Notes: generated by a model not told the origin, from the letters alone. 64,000 bases of DNA from Tubiluchus corallicola (GCA_030141605.1 JAQGDQ010000332.1:62001-126000), one strand, 5' to 3'; numbered from the stretch's first letter, positions 1 through 21,200 are shown. Numbers and translations: made by a program.

Positions 1-2262
1 TCATAATAGATTAACTTACCGGTGTGTTTCGTTTTCTTTTTAAATTAATAAACTGTATACATTTCTTTCGAAAAAGCGTGTCGAAGTTTTGTGTGATTTA
101 AAAAACTCATGTTATCACGTAACTGATCAGCATGCACCTCGCATGGCGCTTTTCAAGTCGAGTTACTGAAATAATCGATTTCTCGCGAAATAGTTATAAA
201 TGGTATGCCACGAATTAAGTCTTTTCCACTTATTTTTGTAGGTCGCGTCAGTTTTAGTAATTATTAGTTTTCTTGGACATTCAAGTCAATACGCGGCTTT
301 AAAGCACTGTAATATACAGTAACTACAAACCATTTCATAAGCAAATAATGTTTTACAAATGTTTTTGTAAATAATATATTATGAAATGAGTAATTCTTAA
401 AAGATATATTACATTAATACCAGAAGTCTGCAATTATGCCAACAGTGGCCAGTCGTTGCATTCTACGCCCCCCCCCCAGCAAGCGCTGATTTAAACTCTC
501 CCATTGACTCAAATTTCAAACGTCTCCTCTATTTATGACGTATAGACCTTTCTATAATCTGTTGCATAGTTATTGTTATTTTATTTTTCTATAATAGTTG
601 ATCTTATATTGCTTGCTCTAATAATTGTACCAAGCTCAAACAAACTTTCCTTTTCGTACATTCATGTGTTCTTTATACGTGCGCGAGTTTTTGTTTGCAC
701 AACTTATTAAGAGTTTTAGCTGTAGGGTTAAATGAATGGGCTGTTATGGCGTATTTGTGTCATAATTTATGCCATTTATCCGTTTACAATGCAGACAATG
801 GTGATAAGGACGGATAATTTGCCTATACAGAAACATTCAAGAAAGAAGCCTGCAAGTGCCTTAGCGATTATATTATTTTTTGCTTCGGATAGTTATAATT
901 GTGTAATGTAAGCGTTTATACGGTTTATCGCTTCTGCTGAGCGAGATGACAATCTGCTAGTCTCAGTTGTTTTTTCCTTGTTTTTCACTGCTGAATTGTT
1001 TAATTTACGGTCACTATTCTTGTCATTACGAATTAATTTGTGTTGTGACAACACACCATCTTTAAAATTTTTAAATTAATAGTTGAAATTGTCAAATATG
1101 TGTAACACGTGTACTGTTTGTCATTTCTGACTGACCTGCTCTGCCACTATGTATGACCTTTAATGGTCAACGGTTACAAGCTGATCGGTTACAAAACACC
1201 CAGCTTTCAAGCTTGACCGTTGTTCCAAGTCTCATCAGTTTACACAGATCTGGTTCAACGTATTATTGGAACTTGGTATATACCCGTGGTTATTTCCCTA
1301 TTTCTATAGCAGAAGTACTGCTTGCTCCATTTTTGGTCGTTCTAGTCATCCCACTTCGTTAAATTTTTCCACTAATTACGCCGCATTTAAAATAATTAAG
1401 AGAAAAAGTTAGGCTAGGGTAGGTTAAGAAGAAAGGCTAAGTACTTCGGTCGTAGTTGCCATACTATGTATATTTCAATGTTTGTTCAAGGCATTAGTTC
1501 AATAAGCTACTGAGTAGTTTGCGTTGGATCGCTCCAGAGTAGCGTCCACGAACCATCCTGAATGGCCAGATCTTGGTGCCATCACTTGTAGGACCCAAAT
1601 AATAAAATGCTCTCAGGAGTAAAATGTATTTGTCCAGTGGAAAACTGGCAAATCCCACCCGGGGCCCGATGTATTAACGACTTTACGAACGCATTTAATG
1701 AAATATCGCATGATATGAAATATTTATGAGTTAAGCGCAATTTCTAACAACCGTACATCTAAAATCAGATTTTCCGAACTTCACGCTTCAAACAACAGGT
1801 GGCGCTCCCCTGCCATAAATTTCCTGCATTATATAATCTGTCCCGACTTAATATTATGTCTTAAAACCTGCCGTAACACCATGATGCCAACAAGAGAAAA
1901 GATAAAGTTGGTGTTTCATCAGATTCGGGTTCCCAGTAAATAACAATGAATTATTGCATCAACGTGCTTGTAACACCAGAGTTGCAGCTTTAAAAAATCA
2001 GAGCTGAAGAAATGACGTGGTAGCAGAATTTTTTTCTTCAAAAGCTGTATTCATTAAATAAATAACCACCCAACACGTCTTTTATAAATTTTATGAATCT
2101 TCCTGCTATAGTTGTTTCGTTTGTTTAAGTCCTCGTAAAGCTTTACATTTTAGTAACGTAATACTACTAATGCCAATACTACATGTACTATAAGAATTAC
2201 GATATATTCTTTAAGCAAACGAATGAATTTGATTACGGGCGCCTCCTTAGAAGTGTATTATA

Positions 2263-2494
2263 TAGACCGGGAGAGCCACAAGGCTCAAAAATTGGCATCG
2301 TTCACTCAACCTGGTAATCAGTTTTTACCTGTACCAGAGGAGATCTTGGTGCTTACTGCTCGGGTGTAATGCCCCACCCAGGCGGTAGGCACTAAGGTCC
2401 CCTCTATCATCTGATATAGGTAAAAACTGGTCAACAGACTGAGCGAACGAAACTCATTTTCCTGGCCTTGTTTTGAGTTTGGGCTCTCGGTCTA
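2263..2494. mobile_element. Small palindromic MITE-like element
   Basis: Ends TAGACCGGGAGAGCC / GGGCTCTCGGTCTA are imperfect inverted repeats. There is a second internal inverted pair (CGTTCACTCAACCTG..CAGTTTTTACCTGT vs ATAGGTAAAAACTGG..CTGAGCGAACG). No ORF. Confidence 0.6.
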
Positions 2495-3283
2495 ATATGT
2501 GTTTAGTTTGTTTGTTGCTGGCGCATTATGTGTCTGTTTTGAATTGTGGTTCAATAAACATGCTCACTTATGTGGATCGTCTCGCTAGCACTTTACAAAA
2601 TTGCTGTATTACTAGTTTTATAAAATAACAATGCAATTTTATTTTCTGAACGGTAACTAAATTTCTTTTTAGTGAATTCGATTTCATTTCTGACTATTTT
2701 GTTTAGTTTAAAAGAATTTTGTTTATAATGTTTAACCAATAGGTTTCTCCTTATACTAGTACCATGTTCTACGTTTAACCAATGTAGAAAGTACTACTAG
2801 TAAGGTAGTATACTAAAATTACTGTCAAAAGCTAATACAGAACCTAATACACTTTAACAACTAGCTCGATTAATAAAAAAATATGATTTTTACTTTTATT
2901 TTCTTAAATTTTACAATTTCTAAATAATAGCTTGCTTCAAAAACGTATACAATATAATAATTGAAAGAAATTGGTTCCTGAATAACTTGGCGTGAAAAGA
3001 CAAAAATCGAAGCAAATTTACAAAATACAGAATTAAAACTAATAGTCATACAACAATTTTTTGTATATCAAAATAGCTCCAAACTGATAGTGATTGACAA
3101 CACAGAATGCAAATTATATATGTATGGGCACTTTCGCTCATTTATTATGTAAGTATTTAATTATTATGCTTATTTACACAGAAAAATCTGGCTCCAACTC
3201 GCCAGTAAGATTAATAAAAGGATATGCTCAAATAACAAAAAAACCGCCTAAAGGTTCACGTTGTCTGATGATATTTCCAGCGT

Positions 3284-8071
<4,788 letters not shown>

Positions 8072-11000
8072 CGTTCGTTGTCACAGCTGCCTAGTGTCGT
8101 CGGGACGCATGTATACTGAAAAATGCAGCAGGAGTTTTCAGTCACCTGTACTTACATAAAGTTTCCATGGTTTAATAAATCAACAGAAGAGACGACCTAA
8201 AGCAGCCGCTACTGTTCTAGCCTGCAGCTAGATTATAACCTTCACATTTCTTCATTTAACCGAATCTCTGAAACAGTGACTCTGACTGCTCATTATTCAC
8301 TACTGATGACATAAGAGTTTACGTAGGATTAACAAATAATGCAGTTAATGTGGGATAGGTGAAAAGGTGCGATGACACGACTTGAAAAAATGAAAGTTAA
8401 AGTCGTTTAAGTGACTATGTCAAGGCCATTTCAGAGTCAGATTTGGCAGTTTTTGAAAACTTCTTTTGAAATTATGCTATATATAGTGAGATGACGAAGA
8501 GAAAAGGTGAATGAGAGATTGGGTGATGAAACCGTGAGAGAGAAACTGTAGTTGCTATTGTCCATAAATGACAAGGGAAGCAAGGCGAAACCAAACGAGA
8601 GAGAAAAGAGCAAAAAAGAACGAGTGAGAAAAGAAAGAGAACGAGAAAGCGAGAGAGAGAAAAGGAAAGGGAAAAGAGGGGACAGAGGAGAAAGAGAAAA
8701 AAGAGAGGGGGAAAAATCGCCATACGCGAAAGCATTGTTAGAATAATAAACCGAGTAGGTGAAATCACCTATTATTTTACTCTGTGTAGACAAACTACTA
8801 GCCTTATAACTGACGCTTGACAATAATCACGCTAGCCGTACGTCATAGAGATTATACTATATATGCAGAATAAAATTAGAAAATGAGTGACAAAATCAAG
8901 CAAAAACGAAAGGTAACAACAAAATGCAGTAAACGTATGCACTTACCATTAACTTAATAATGACTTTTTGACAAAAAGAAGAGATTTAGAGCTCCATCAA
9001 AATCTTATAGCTTGTAAAGAGCGTGTTTAACATACATACTGTAAGAACGTAAGTCGACGGCTGACGTTCCTAGTGACATATATATATATATATATATATA
9101 TTCTTAATATATGAGTAATGTGAACGAGTTTTCATGATGTGAGTGTTATTAATAATAACCGGTTTAAATTTCAACATATCTTCTCGTGTAATAATTTAAT
9201 TTCCTTTAATGTTTTCTATAGACTGTCTTGAATACAGTAACTTATTTACGTCAAGCGTGCAAGGCGACAGACAAATTTAATGTCAACAGCGTTGCGTAGG
9301 TTGCGCTTTAAATAATAAAATAGGCTGTGTCACTGTGCGTCGCAAAAATGTGAAAAAATTGAAAAAAGGTTAGAGATTGCCGGGAGGTATATGGAAACCA
9401 CAAAACCACGATGTACATCATTAATTTTCAACACAATTTAAACACTTAATGTATTTTGGAATACATTTACACAATGCAAGACTAATGGAAATGACTTAAT
9501 ATCCTACTTTTTATAAGTTTTTCATCTTAAGATTCGAGGCGTCATACATATATATTGTCAAATGTGACCTTAATCTGTATTACATGTACATGTATGACAT
9601 CACCCGCATATCGTAAATTGGAAAATTACTGTTACTCCTGCTGATGTGCTCTCATGTTTTTCTTGACAGTTTGCCTAAAAACTATTGGTCAGAAATGATA
9701 TTCATGTGCGATCGTCTTACCCGCACAGATTCTTGAAGTAAACAAAAACATCAAAGTTGTATTAAAAAAACTCAAACTCAAGAGTTTAAGTTAAACTAAA
9801 ATGAATTAGCTGAGTACTCAAGTTTGTATTTAGTGACTTAGTGACGGAAGTTAAGCAACTTTGAACGTGTTTAGTAAATGCATAGATTATCGCATGCGGT
9901 TTGCTAGAACAATTCCATGTGCTATAATGGTGCCTGGTTAAAAGAAAACCGAGCACAATCTTAAACTATAACTCAAAACAAACTACTCTAAAAATATTGA
10001 AAATGAACCTACTGTTTTTCAGGAATGACTTACGTGGAAAAATTATTACAATAAAAACATAATTTTGTGTTCCCGTGGCTAGTTCTTCGCTGTTATATGC
10101 ATTTGCCATTCAATAGTTAAATACATGCATCTCGGAAACGCTTTGCACAAAAAAACAGGTGCTGTACCGCTCAGTTCAGAGATGTCCAGGTGGTGACGTA
10201 GCACACACGTTCGAAAGCTCGTGCGTGAACACAGTGGCAAACTCTAAATTTTAATTTTAAACTTAAAATTTGCCGAGTTTTTGCATATCACACTGAATGC
10301 TGTACGGTAGCACTGCACGTAAATTTTCGCTTTCACAAACACGTGTAACGCGCTCGTGAAACGTTCGTGCTGTTGAAAATTATGTTCACTTGTGATGTCA
10401 TCACTAGTTGAGCTTACCCGCCGTTGATTAACCGATTATTTAATTATTAGAAACACTCGCATTACCTCAGGTATTAAAATGTATAGTTTTATATTACTTC
10501 AAAGTGTGGTAGGATATCAAAAATCAATCTGGTTTCCTTTAAGAAAAGTACAACTATGTGCATCTGTACGTGGCTAAGACACATTTGGGGCTCCAATATC
10601 TCTTCTTAGATAATTATCCTTATAAAAAGCTAGATTGTAGTCCAGCCATAATTATGTACACTGAGTGACTAAAGCCTTTGAGTGTTGCTTCCCATCTTGC
10701 TGAGTGCTAAGCTATTTCAAAACGCAATGCCGCTCAGGCGTCAAAATTGAGCAAAAGATAGAAGAAACTAGGAAAGCACTAACGACAGAATTGGGAACTA
10801 TTTGGAAAAGATAAAAATTACAATTATTATAATCTTCAATGTTAGCTGTAACAGCAAGAAAGCCAGAAATTACTTAAATTAACTAAAAAAGGATTTTTGA
10901 TAAAAGAAAATTATTCTGAAGAAGTGTTAACTGTGAACAGAAAATTTAATCAATTGCGATGGTTCTAAAGGCAATTAGGTTAAAGTGTATTATTTTGATA

Positions 11001-12563
11001 AAAATGACGTGTGTACATAGCCGAGCAGTTGACAATTATCACAAACATCACAAGAAACTGAAAATGAGGACGGTGTTGACGTTGATGACGACGACTACAA
11101 TGGTGATGATAATCATGTGACACGTATGATGATTACTCTTTGTGACAAAACTGCGTAAAGTGATTCGGTATAAAGTATTACTCACGCGCTGTTTTGGTGT
11201 AATTGATACAGCAGTGTTTGAGTAGCGTCTTACTCCATGTTGCACGTCTGCGATGAATGATTACACATGATTCATGAAACAAGTTTAAAAGCAACCAAAT
11301 GTAAACCACTATACGCAAGATCTTTTTCGATCAACGTTTCTGGTCAATGAAAAAATTTTTTGTACACTAATAATTGGGAATCATCAGTAATGCGAGTGCT
11401 CAATAATTGTTATTAAAACTGACTGTACAGGCCGCCACTCAATAGAACATACAAACCAGAAAATGTACAGAGACATAGCCTAGCATTCAAGTAAGACAGT
11501 ATAATTATTGCTCAAACATTCCTAATTATAGTTTACCAAACTTTTCTTTTTTCAGCGAAACGGGTCATTATTTTTTCACGCGGTTAATACCCCTACGGAA
11601 AATACGGGTCACGTGGTAGTACCACTAACTGAATATGCCTAATATGTGTTGTATCTTGTCTCGCCAAATTAAAGGAGCCCGGTTGTATTTTTCTAGTTGA
11701 GGTCTACTTAAGCACACGCACAGGATACATGCAATTACGGGAAATAAACAGCAAGAAGCGAGAAACAGTAACATGCAAGATTTAATTTCGTAGTATAACA
11801 GTGACACAAGACTTTTATTGCAAAATTTTTCTAAACAGTGGCACAAAAACATTTTTTGACAAGTCGTTTGTACAAGTACGATAAAAACTGAAGCAGCAGG
11901 TTACAAAAGCAGCCAACGCAACTAAAGCACAAACTAAACTTAAGTGGGTTAAATATGGGGCGTTGCGCCATCTTGAAGCCATTACGGAATTATATAATCA
12001 AAGGATTTGCCGAGTTTCATCCCAATTTACTTCAGCTATACATTCAACATTCGAGCGAAATAAAAACAAACACAGAAAAGAAGCAGTGAACATAATTTTC
12101 ATCTTTTATTTACATTGAAAACACAGAGCGGCATCCCTTTCGTTTCTAAGCCCCTAACAAGTAAGGCACACTGCGGAGACTACCAATAAAACCAACCAGA
12201 GCTTGGCCACGATCGGGAATTTCCGCAAGTTTACAAGAGAACGAAAACATCTGTAAACACACCTGTTGCAATATCGTTATTAATGGCTCGTACCTACATG
12301 CCTAGACTTCGACATTGCAACATCACAAGAAAACAAATCTCGGACATTTACAATTACTCACAAGTTACAGCATTGTCATAAAATGGCAAAAAACAAATTT
12401 TCAAAAGAACACGAATAAATACTAAAATGCAAAAAAATCACGAAATGTGAATGCAGCACTTAAGTACCAATAAAACCAACCATATTAGTGAACGTGGGAC
12501 TGCATTACCATATCGTACTGCTAAAATGAATGTGAATAAAATTGTCAAAAAGCATCCTTGTTT

Positions 12564-13060
<497 letters not shown>

Positions 13061-13275
13061 TTATCAACGTGTCACTGTCAGCCCCTTTGTCTGACAAAAG
13101 TGGATAGAAAACCTGAAAAAAAACAGGTTCATTATACCAACTTGTTATTGTGCTACTAGCTACATAGATTTCGTAATTACTGATATGCAGGCGTACTTAC
13201 AAAGCGAGGCTCTCAGACGTCTTGTTAAACTGTGCAATAACGAACAAATGCCGTGGCCGCAATACGTGGCGTTTC

Positions 13276-13283
13276 TTATATAC
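13276..13283 (-). promoter_or_regulatory. Putative TATA box of the H4 gene
   Basis: TATATAAG on the minus strand ~75 bp upstream of the 5'UTR splice donor at 13200. Confidence 0.5.
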
Positions 13284-15246
13284 CTGTTCTAGTTTATATT
13301 TACATATTTAAAACCCGTCTGACTGTATAGAAGCCATTCAAAATGTTTATAGTCTCTAGCACTGGAGCACGTATTCATGTATGTGTGAGTACCGTGCTTA
13401 AATTTAATCGAAATGTGATATCAACACACATTTTGGTTGAAATTTGCTTCCAAGTTACTTGTACGTTATATACATATAACATGACAACGTTTTAATAGAT
13501 ATATTACAATTTGCAAGTGATACTTTAATCGATATAACATAAATAAATCACTGGCAAGCACACTAAATTAAGCATCGCTTAAATTTCAAGTTCACGTTTC
13601 CAAGTTAACTTATCTGTTTTGTACAAGTTGAATGTAATTATTATAGCGGTCATCAGATGTTAATGAAACACTATAGCAGGCGGGTTAATTATTTTAATTT
13701 GAAAATTAATTTATAACTTTTGCTATCAATTATAACACTATGTACTAAAAGGGAAACATTTAAACAAGTCCTTAATTACTACCCTAGCTTTTTAAATTAG
13801 TTATCTTGCCAGCGAACAGAGCCTCTCGGCTTTCTTGGCTATATTATAACTCGCATAGTATCATTTAAAATATATTGGGTCCAAGATATTATACCAACAT
13901 ATTAGGTCTATGTTGGTTTAAATGAATATTTGGTCGACGTTTTGTAACTCGCAGATAATGTTTTTAAGTTGACCTTCGCTTTCAGCAGCTATATTGGCGT
14001 TTGAATCGCCCAATCTCTTGGGTTGCTGAGGCATTGTTAACCAAAAACGGTCGTCCGTATCGTCTACTCAGCTTAGGTCAATCTTTTTAGATGGGTCGAC
14101 ATGTCTCCCTGTCGCTATTATTATTGTGCTGCTCCATTCATGTATGGAGAGTCTAAGCTCCAATACCTATTATAGATTGGAGATTTTCAGGCTTTAGGCA
14201 GATATAATAAGGTCATGATTATTGCTTAAAAATAGATCACTTCTCCAGCAGGTAATGTCGTGGTTGCTTCGAGCAGATTAGCATTGATTAGCAATGCGAA
14301 CATACTGACGTCAGCACTATATAAATTACCGGAGCCTGTATGCCGATAGAAATTACAATAATCACGGATTCTAAGTAAAACATCTTTAGCGTGAATGAAA
14401 ACATTTCAAATTTTGGAAAGTTTGAAAACAAAACCGAAAGTATCGATAAGAGTTCGGTATGTATAGTGAAGATGTTAAACATTTTTGCATGATATAGTAT
14501 AAATAACTCGTACAAGCGAATCATATGAGTGTAATTTTTTTCAAAGCATTTTTGCTTTCTAATCAAATTTCGAGTAGAAGGCAAAACAAGAAAGAAATGA
14601 AATATTTTCTTTTTAAAGACTTTTCTAAGAACGATATTTTTTATTCTTTGCCATTTATCGATAAAAATTTATATAAAATTAAGAAAAGAAACAAAAAGGC
14701 AATTCGGAAAGACTAAATTTAACGTTTTCGACTACAGAATATTTAAAAAAGGTTAACCTCCTTTAGAATACTTAGTTTCGTATAACGTATTTTGTTTTAC
14801 TGATTATCGTCCTTTTTCTTTGTTCTTCTCAGTCATTATATATACTATTTAAGTTCAATTATTGTATCTTTAATAACCCAGCCTTAAATTTTATTTATAT
14901 AAAGTGGGATAACTGTATTTACTGTAAACAAACGAAGTCTACTGCAGGCATCTCCACCAGGTGTGACTAAGCAAGAAGTATAGGCAAATAAAACAAAATA
15001 ACGAACATATAACGAAATCTTTCACTTCGTTCCAATCAGTCCAATACTTTAGACTTAGAAAAGCCATTTAGTTTTCAATTTCAATGCGGCTTTAATCTTA
15101 TTCAGGTTGGCAGAAATATAACGTTGCTGTGACGATCTCAACAATCCAGCTTGATATGGGACTGACAGAAAAAGTTACTTGATTTCAGAGCCTCTTCACT
15201 TATTGTCAGCGATAACCGATTGAAGAACCTTTTGTGGTATTGAAAC

Positions 15247-18200
15247 ATGGAAAGCTTGCCAACAAATACAACGAACGATAGCACACACAAAAATTATACG
15301 TTGTCCAACGACGACCATGAATACACTACAGCCAAGCAGAGATGGGCTTATAGGGTAAGAAGGCGACATTCTTTACTTCGCAGAGCAAACAAAAGCTTTG
15401 ATGAAAACTTTGCACTGATAATTCGAAACGCTAGACTGAAAGGCACTGAAGAACAGCAAAGCAATCAACAAAGACATTCAAGCAGTGGTTCCAGCAAGAC
15501 TGTGCACAAAGCATGGAGTTTTCACGTATCTTCTCAAAGGCACGATGAAGGATGTAAAAGTATTCAATGGTCTGTACCCTATCATCGAATTCCACCTCTA
15601 AGAGATATTGGTCGTGCACAAGCACTTGACATAAACTCTCAAGAAACTTCTTCAATATCGAGTATACTACCTCAAGAGACCTGTAATATAGGAAACACCA
15701 TTGACAGTGCGAATTCTGGTGATGAGCTGAAAGCAGATTTTCCATTCAATTGGAATTCTAGCAATATGGTGTTAAATTCGCCAGCACCTAATAATGTAAA
15801 TTACGAAATTGTAAATACCGAAAATAAAGAATGTGACGGCAATGTGAACAGGGATGATAATGATAACTGGGCGGTTCATGACAATCTAGATGATGACAAT
15901 GAACGAGAAGGAGACTATGAATATGACGCCATGTACAACAAGCTAACAGAAAAGCTGGGGCAGAACGAACGACAAGACAACTCGCGACAATTGTTGTCAA
16001 ATAATGGCTCGGAATCTGCTGTAAAATCTCAAAATGCCAATTTAGCTTATCTTCAGAATCAAGAAGATTTTGACAACCAATTGCAAATGCCGCATCGAAA
16101 CGTCCGAGCCTTAGAAAGCAGTGTGATGGCAAGTGGTAGCCTTCAGAAAAATAATAGCATGACAGTACATGGAAAACTCACGCACAAACATATGTCCTGG
16201 CACGGTGTATTGGCAAAAAATGACAGCATGTCCTCGATGCCCTGTCCTGACTCTACAAGAAAATCTGTCAGCTTTGAGAAACGACTGCCTTTGGCCAAAT
16301 TTTCGATGGAATCAGACGAGAAAATATGTCGGATTTGCTTCGAGGACGACACAGTCGAGAAGCTTATTTGTCCATGTTATTGCTCAGGCACAGGTGCCTG
16401 GATTCACAGGAGATGCCTGGAAGAATGGTTGACGATTTCACAGTCATTCCAGTGTGAAGTCTGTGAGTACTGCTTCAACATCAAGTTGGTCTTGAAGCCC
16501 ATCAAAAAGGTATAAATAAAATATTTGGTTTTTATGTTTTTTTGGTCAAATTTACGATAACTTTATAAATCATTGCAGAGATGGAAATGTGTCCATGGGG
16601 ACAGTTTTTCAGTGGGTCACATGGATGCCGCTTTCTTGCATTTAAAACTACAGGTCGAACATCCGATTACGTCGGTCGATGTGAAATTCGCTCTCGTACA
16701 TTTCTGACGATTCACTGCAAATTGGTAGATCCTTAGGCTTTTTTTAAATGATGAAATCGCTGCCATCTTGGCAATATGGCAGATGAATCAAAAATCCAAC
16801 TGCCATCAGTCAATGCAAAATTCATACTAGCATATCCGTGCGAAATTTCATGACGATCCGTTGCAAGCTGGCGGAGTGTTAGGCTTTTGTCAAAAAGTCA
16901 CCCACTAAGAACAACAACCTAAAAGGTCGCGCTTTGTGTCGAGTCATCGAGTCACCCTACTGCTACTGTAATAGTATCACAATATAACACTATTGCTTTT
17001 CCGATAAACTGTTCGTCCTTTTGGCTGCAACAGTTGTAATTAAGAAAACCGCACGCCGTTATATGTAAAACGACTGGCGTGTTTGCATGTCTGTAATGTT
17101 CAGTCATGATGATGAGTTTGGTACTAAATTCGCGTTTTCAGCCAACTGTTCATTATCAGTATTATCATTTCTATATTCCTCTTTTAATTACATCATGAAT
17201 TGTGTTTGTATATTCTCTGTCTGCCTCTTGTACTTGGTGATGTCGATTCACTTTGCAATCGTCATTGAGCACTTTTATCAGTTAATACAGTCTGCTAAGT
17301 GTAAGACTGTATGTCCTGTAAACCCTAGGTAATGCTTGCATGAAATTTGTTAATCAGAGTTCTGGAAACGTTAAAAAACACTCGAAGGCGTGAACTGACA
17401 TTTTGCAGCTGGACAGTTGGTAACTCAAACATTTCGCAACTGGTCGCTGACAACTGTTACTGTTAACGGCATCTAGTGAACGTCTTCAGAGTCTTTCAGT
17501 TCAACCTTTTTAAATTTGTAGTACATATTACAGCCATCAAATGTGCAGTCCGATGTCAGAAGCCAACTTTAGGTATAGTCACCTGACCTACCTGACCTAA
17601 TTTGCTTGTTCACACTTACACGTGTACGAGTACAGTTTTTCTTTTCCCCGTTTTTTAGTTTTGATGAAAGTAATAATTGCTCTTTTTTATACAGAATGCC
17701 ACTTTAGTTACCAAATTGTAAGTTTTGCTAATGTAAATTCTGTTATCCTTCTCTTTAAAATTAATGTAAATCTCCTGTTTTATTATAAATAAGAAACGGA
17801 CTAGTCGATAATTGGACACGTGTTATTTTTTAAAAACTGCTGTAATTTCCTTTTTTCTGTTCCCTTTCTCTTGCTAGTTGAACCATTTTTATACTACATA
17901 AATTAATTTCAGCTTTGTCACACCAGGTAGTGCTGGAGTTATCTTTTATCTGGGCGCATCCACAGTAACTTAGACATATGATGATTAAGTTTCACATTTG
18001 CAACTCATACACTTGCTGGCCCGGTCAACAAACTCGAACAATTAGTAACCTGGACACTTTTAGTTGCATGGTGTAGTATGGGCAATATATGTGTGGGTGT
18101 GCATGGTGGGGTGATACCTAGTTTGTGTGTGGTATGGTGTGCTGGTCTTCTGCGGGATTTGACTGGATATGACGAATACTGATTACGCTGACATCTGGTA

Positions 18201-21200
18201 CTAAGAAATGGGTGTCCTGGTTGCCAAGTATCGTAGTTACCATAATTTTTACGAAACTTGCATTCGTGCTGGTTACCAAGTGTAGTGGTTAAAAGCACAG
18301 TTTTAGGTATGTTAAAGTTCAACCTCAAATACGTATTTTGGTGAATGTAATTTTCGTTTCAGTGGAGGAAGCCGCTGACGACACGCGAACATTTCTATTG
18401 GATCTACTATCAGCTGTTCATTACAGTTTGTTGCGTTTTCACTCCAGTTGTTTGCTACCTACTCGTCATCTCATTAACCAACCTAAAATCATTTTTAGGC
18501 AAAGATTTCGAAGTCTGGAAAGTTCTTGGTAAATATTTCGTAGTTGCTCTGTTACATGCTGTTTATGTAATGTTGACTGACTATTGCAAATGATGTTGAT
18601 GTTAATTTTAATCTATTCTTTGCTTAGCAATTAATTTGCTTGTTTGGAATGAATCTGAAATTAACTACTGAAGTATTCCTACAATTATGTAAACAAACTT
18701 TGATCAAAGAATGCCCAGGTGTTACCAGGGAACATCCAAATAGAAAAGTACTATTGCAAACTCAGTGTTCGCTCAGTAGAGTTTTCACTTTTTGTGTATC
18801 GATGCACTGAGTATTTCTAAAATGCAATATTATTTACTTGACTACTTTTTAAAAATCTGAGCTTTGTAGAGATTTCGGGTGGCTTCATTGTGTTTACCTA
18901 CTTCTTTCATGTTTTAGCTATTATGCTAGGCGGCACAGTAACATTATCGTTGTACTTGGTTTCTATTGCTTACTGCGTTTACCGATTCATCGAGCTTGCT
19001 CGTTTGTTCATGGAGACAAACAGAATGGTATGTGCGTAACAAGCTACATAGCTATAGGCAAAATCTTAGCTGGTGAAGCCTGTTTGTGTATACGTCTGCC
19101 TCTAAAATGCATTCACATAATCTTAGATACGACACTTCTCGGTTTATTCTGACAAAAATAGTGTAGTCTAGGGTAGGGGCTATCTGACCTTGTTTTATTG
19201 CGTATACAATATTCTTTGCAGTTTCTGTACTATTGTGATTATAGTTGGTTCAGAATTATAAATGTGCCAGGCTGGAGAAGTTGAGGAATTGAAAAATTCT
19301 AAGATTTCTCCTAATATTATCAACAAATTAACCCTGTTTTGACAAAAGATGAAGCTAATAGTGTTTGCATATATTTGAGGTGGCATCTAGATGACCGATT
19401 ACTGAAATGTATCCACAGATGGTCGACAGGAAAGCGCAAATTATGATTTTCGTGTTCTTCTACATGCTAAAATATGTCATACATTCTCTGGCTCAAAATC
19501 TATCTCCTCCAAAACTACTAGGATAATGAAGACGGAAATCTACACTGTGGTACCTCTGACAATTATCATAAAGATGTCTGAGGCCATCTCAAATTTTTAT
19601 CTGTGTGCCTATCTGTCTGTCCGTCTACGTTTCTCTGTGTTTGTTGGCTATTTCTCCGAGTTCGCTGATCTGATTCCAAAATCTGTCTCCTCCAAAACTG
19701 CTGAAGTAATGAAGACGAAACTCGGTACTGTGGTGCCTGGGTAATTACATAAGAGATTTGAATTTTTACAATGTGACCGCCATTGTTGCATCATCATTAT
19801 TTCTGAGCCGGGCTGAGCCACTCGTCGTCGAACCACTATCAGCTGACTAGCTTATTTTATCATGAAGCTAACTACGTATTTATGACTTTTTATCTAACAT
19901 TGATGAAAAATAACTGTAGAACTAAATCCAAGATGGGTATCAGGACCTAAAACCCACAACACTAGAGGAAATTAACTTGACCACATTATGTATCGTCTGC
20001 ATCATCTTCACTGCGTTCACTGTCTTCATGATCCCCTGCTTTTATGTTTTCTCATAATATCACCCCCCCCCCCCCCGTATTTGCAGAAGGGACAGCCTGA
20101 GCAGAGTGTTGAATTGCAGGCAGTCTTACAAGCAGGTCATGAAATTCAGTATATGATCCGGGACAACTGTCTAACGTTCCTTCAGGCATAAAAATAAATG
20201 ATTTTTCTTATAATTCGCTGGATCAGGATTTGTAGGTAGCACACATGCAGCTTTCCATTGGATGGTTTGACAATACGTGCGTTTACAATAGAGCCTAAAT
20301 AAAGCTACTGTTGGAGGCAAGCTGCTAAGTTTTGTCGGTACATGCCTCTTGCCCCGCGTCACTCCAAATACGTGCCTATAGGTGTAGCTACGAAATTCAA
20401 ATGCATGATTCAGTGATCTCACCGAAGGATAAACATGTGTCTCAAGTGCTGACTACCACAATGCCGATAAATGTAGACACATTTGCTGCCTAGGCAGGCC
20501 ACGTGAAACACACCAAGAATTACGACTTGCGAGACTAGCCTGTTCCTCTGACCACATTCTACTTTTTTTATAAAAAATTACCGTTCTTGGAAAACAAAGC
20601 AAATGGAAAGAGTCCATGTCATAAGACAAGACTGTTAGTGTAGAAATAGTATTCTTTTACAGTTGATATGTCCAACTACTCTCATACAACCATTTATTAG
20701 TGCAATTTCGACTGCTTCAGCAATATTTGCAGTTTTGTTGTCAGCAAGAGATTAACGAGGATAACAAGTCCTATCCAACTGGGTATTATTCGTAAACAAC
20801 AGATCGCTGCAGGTTTACACTACATCACATGTTCTGAATCTGTCAGTCGCGTCTGATTTCATCCATGTGTTGCGTGTTTTCTTTCGCGGCAAGTAATGAC
20901 TTTCTGAACTGACTTTTTCCTGTGACTTTTTGAAAGAATGTAAGATCTTGCCCAACTACTTCTTTGGCGGCCATTGTGGAACTCGGCAAGCAATAATTAA
21001 CAGTACTGTACAGTTTTGCCCAAAAATCCGACTTAATTTAATCCTTTACGAACTGTAAGATATTGTATACCATGTTTGTGAATGTTTTCCGTGATGTATG
21101 CAACTATATTATGAACAATTCGATATTGAAAGACTTTTTTGTCTTGGCGTTTTTAATTTAAAGAAAATACATTTTTTTTAATTAAAAACACAAATAAACT

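Noticed and set aside
10140-10410. Possible palindromic MITE
   Set aside because: Inverted matches too short and degenerate to define ends
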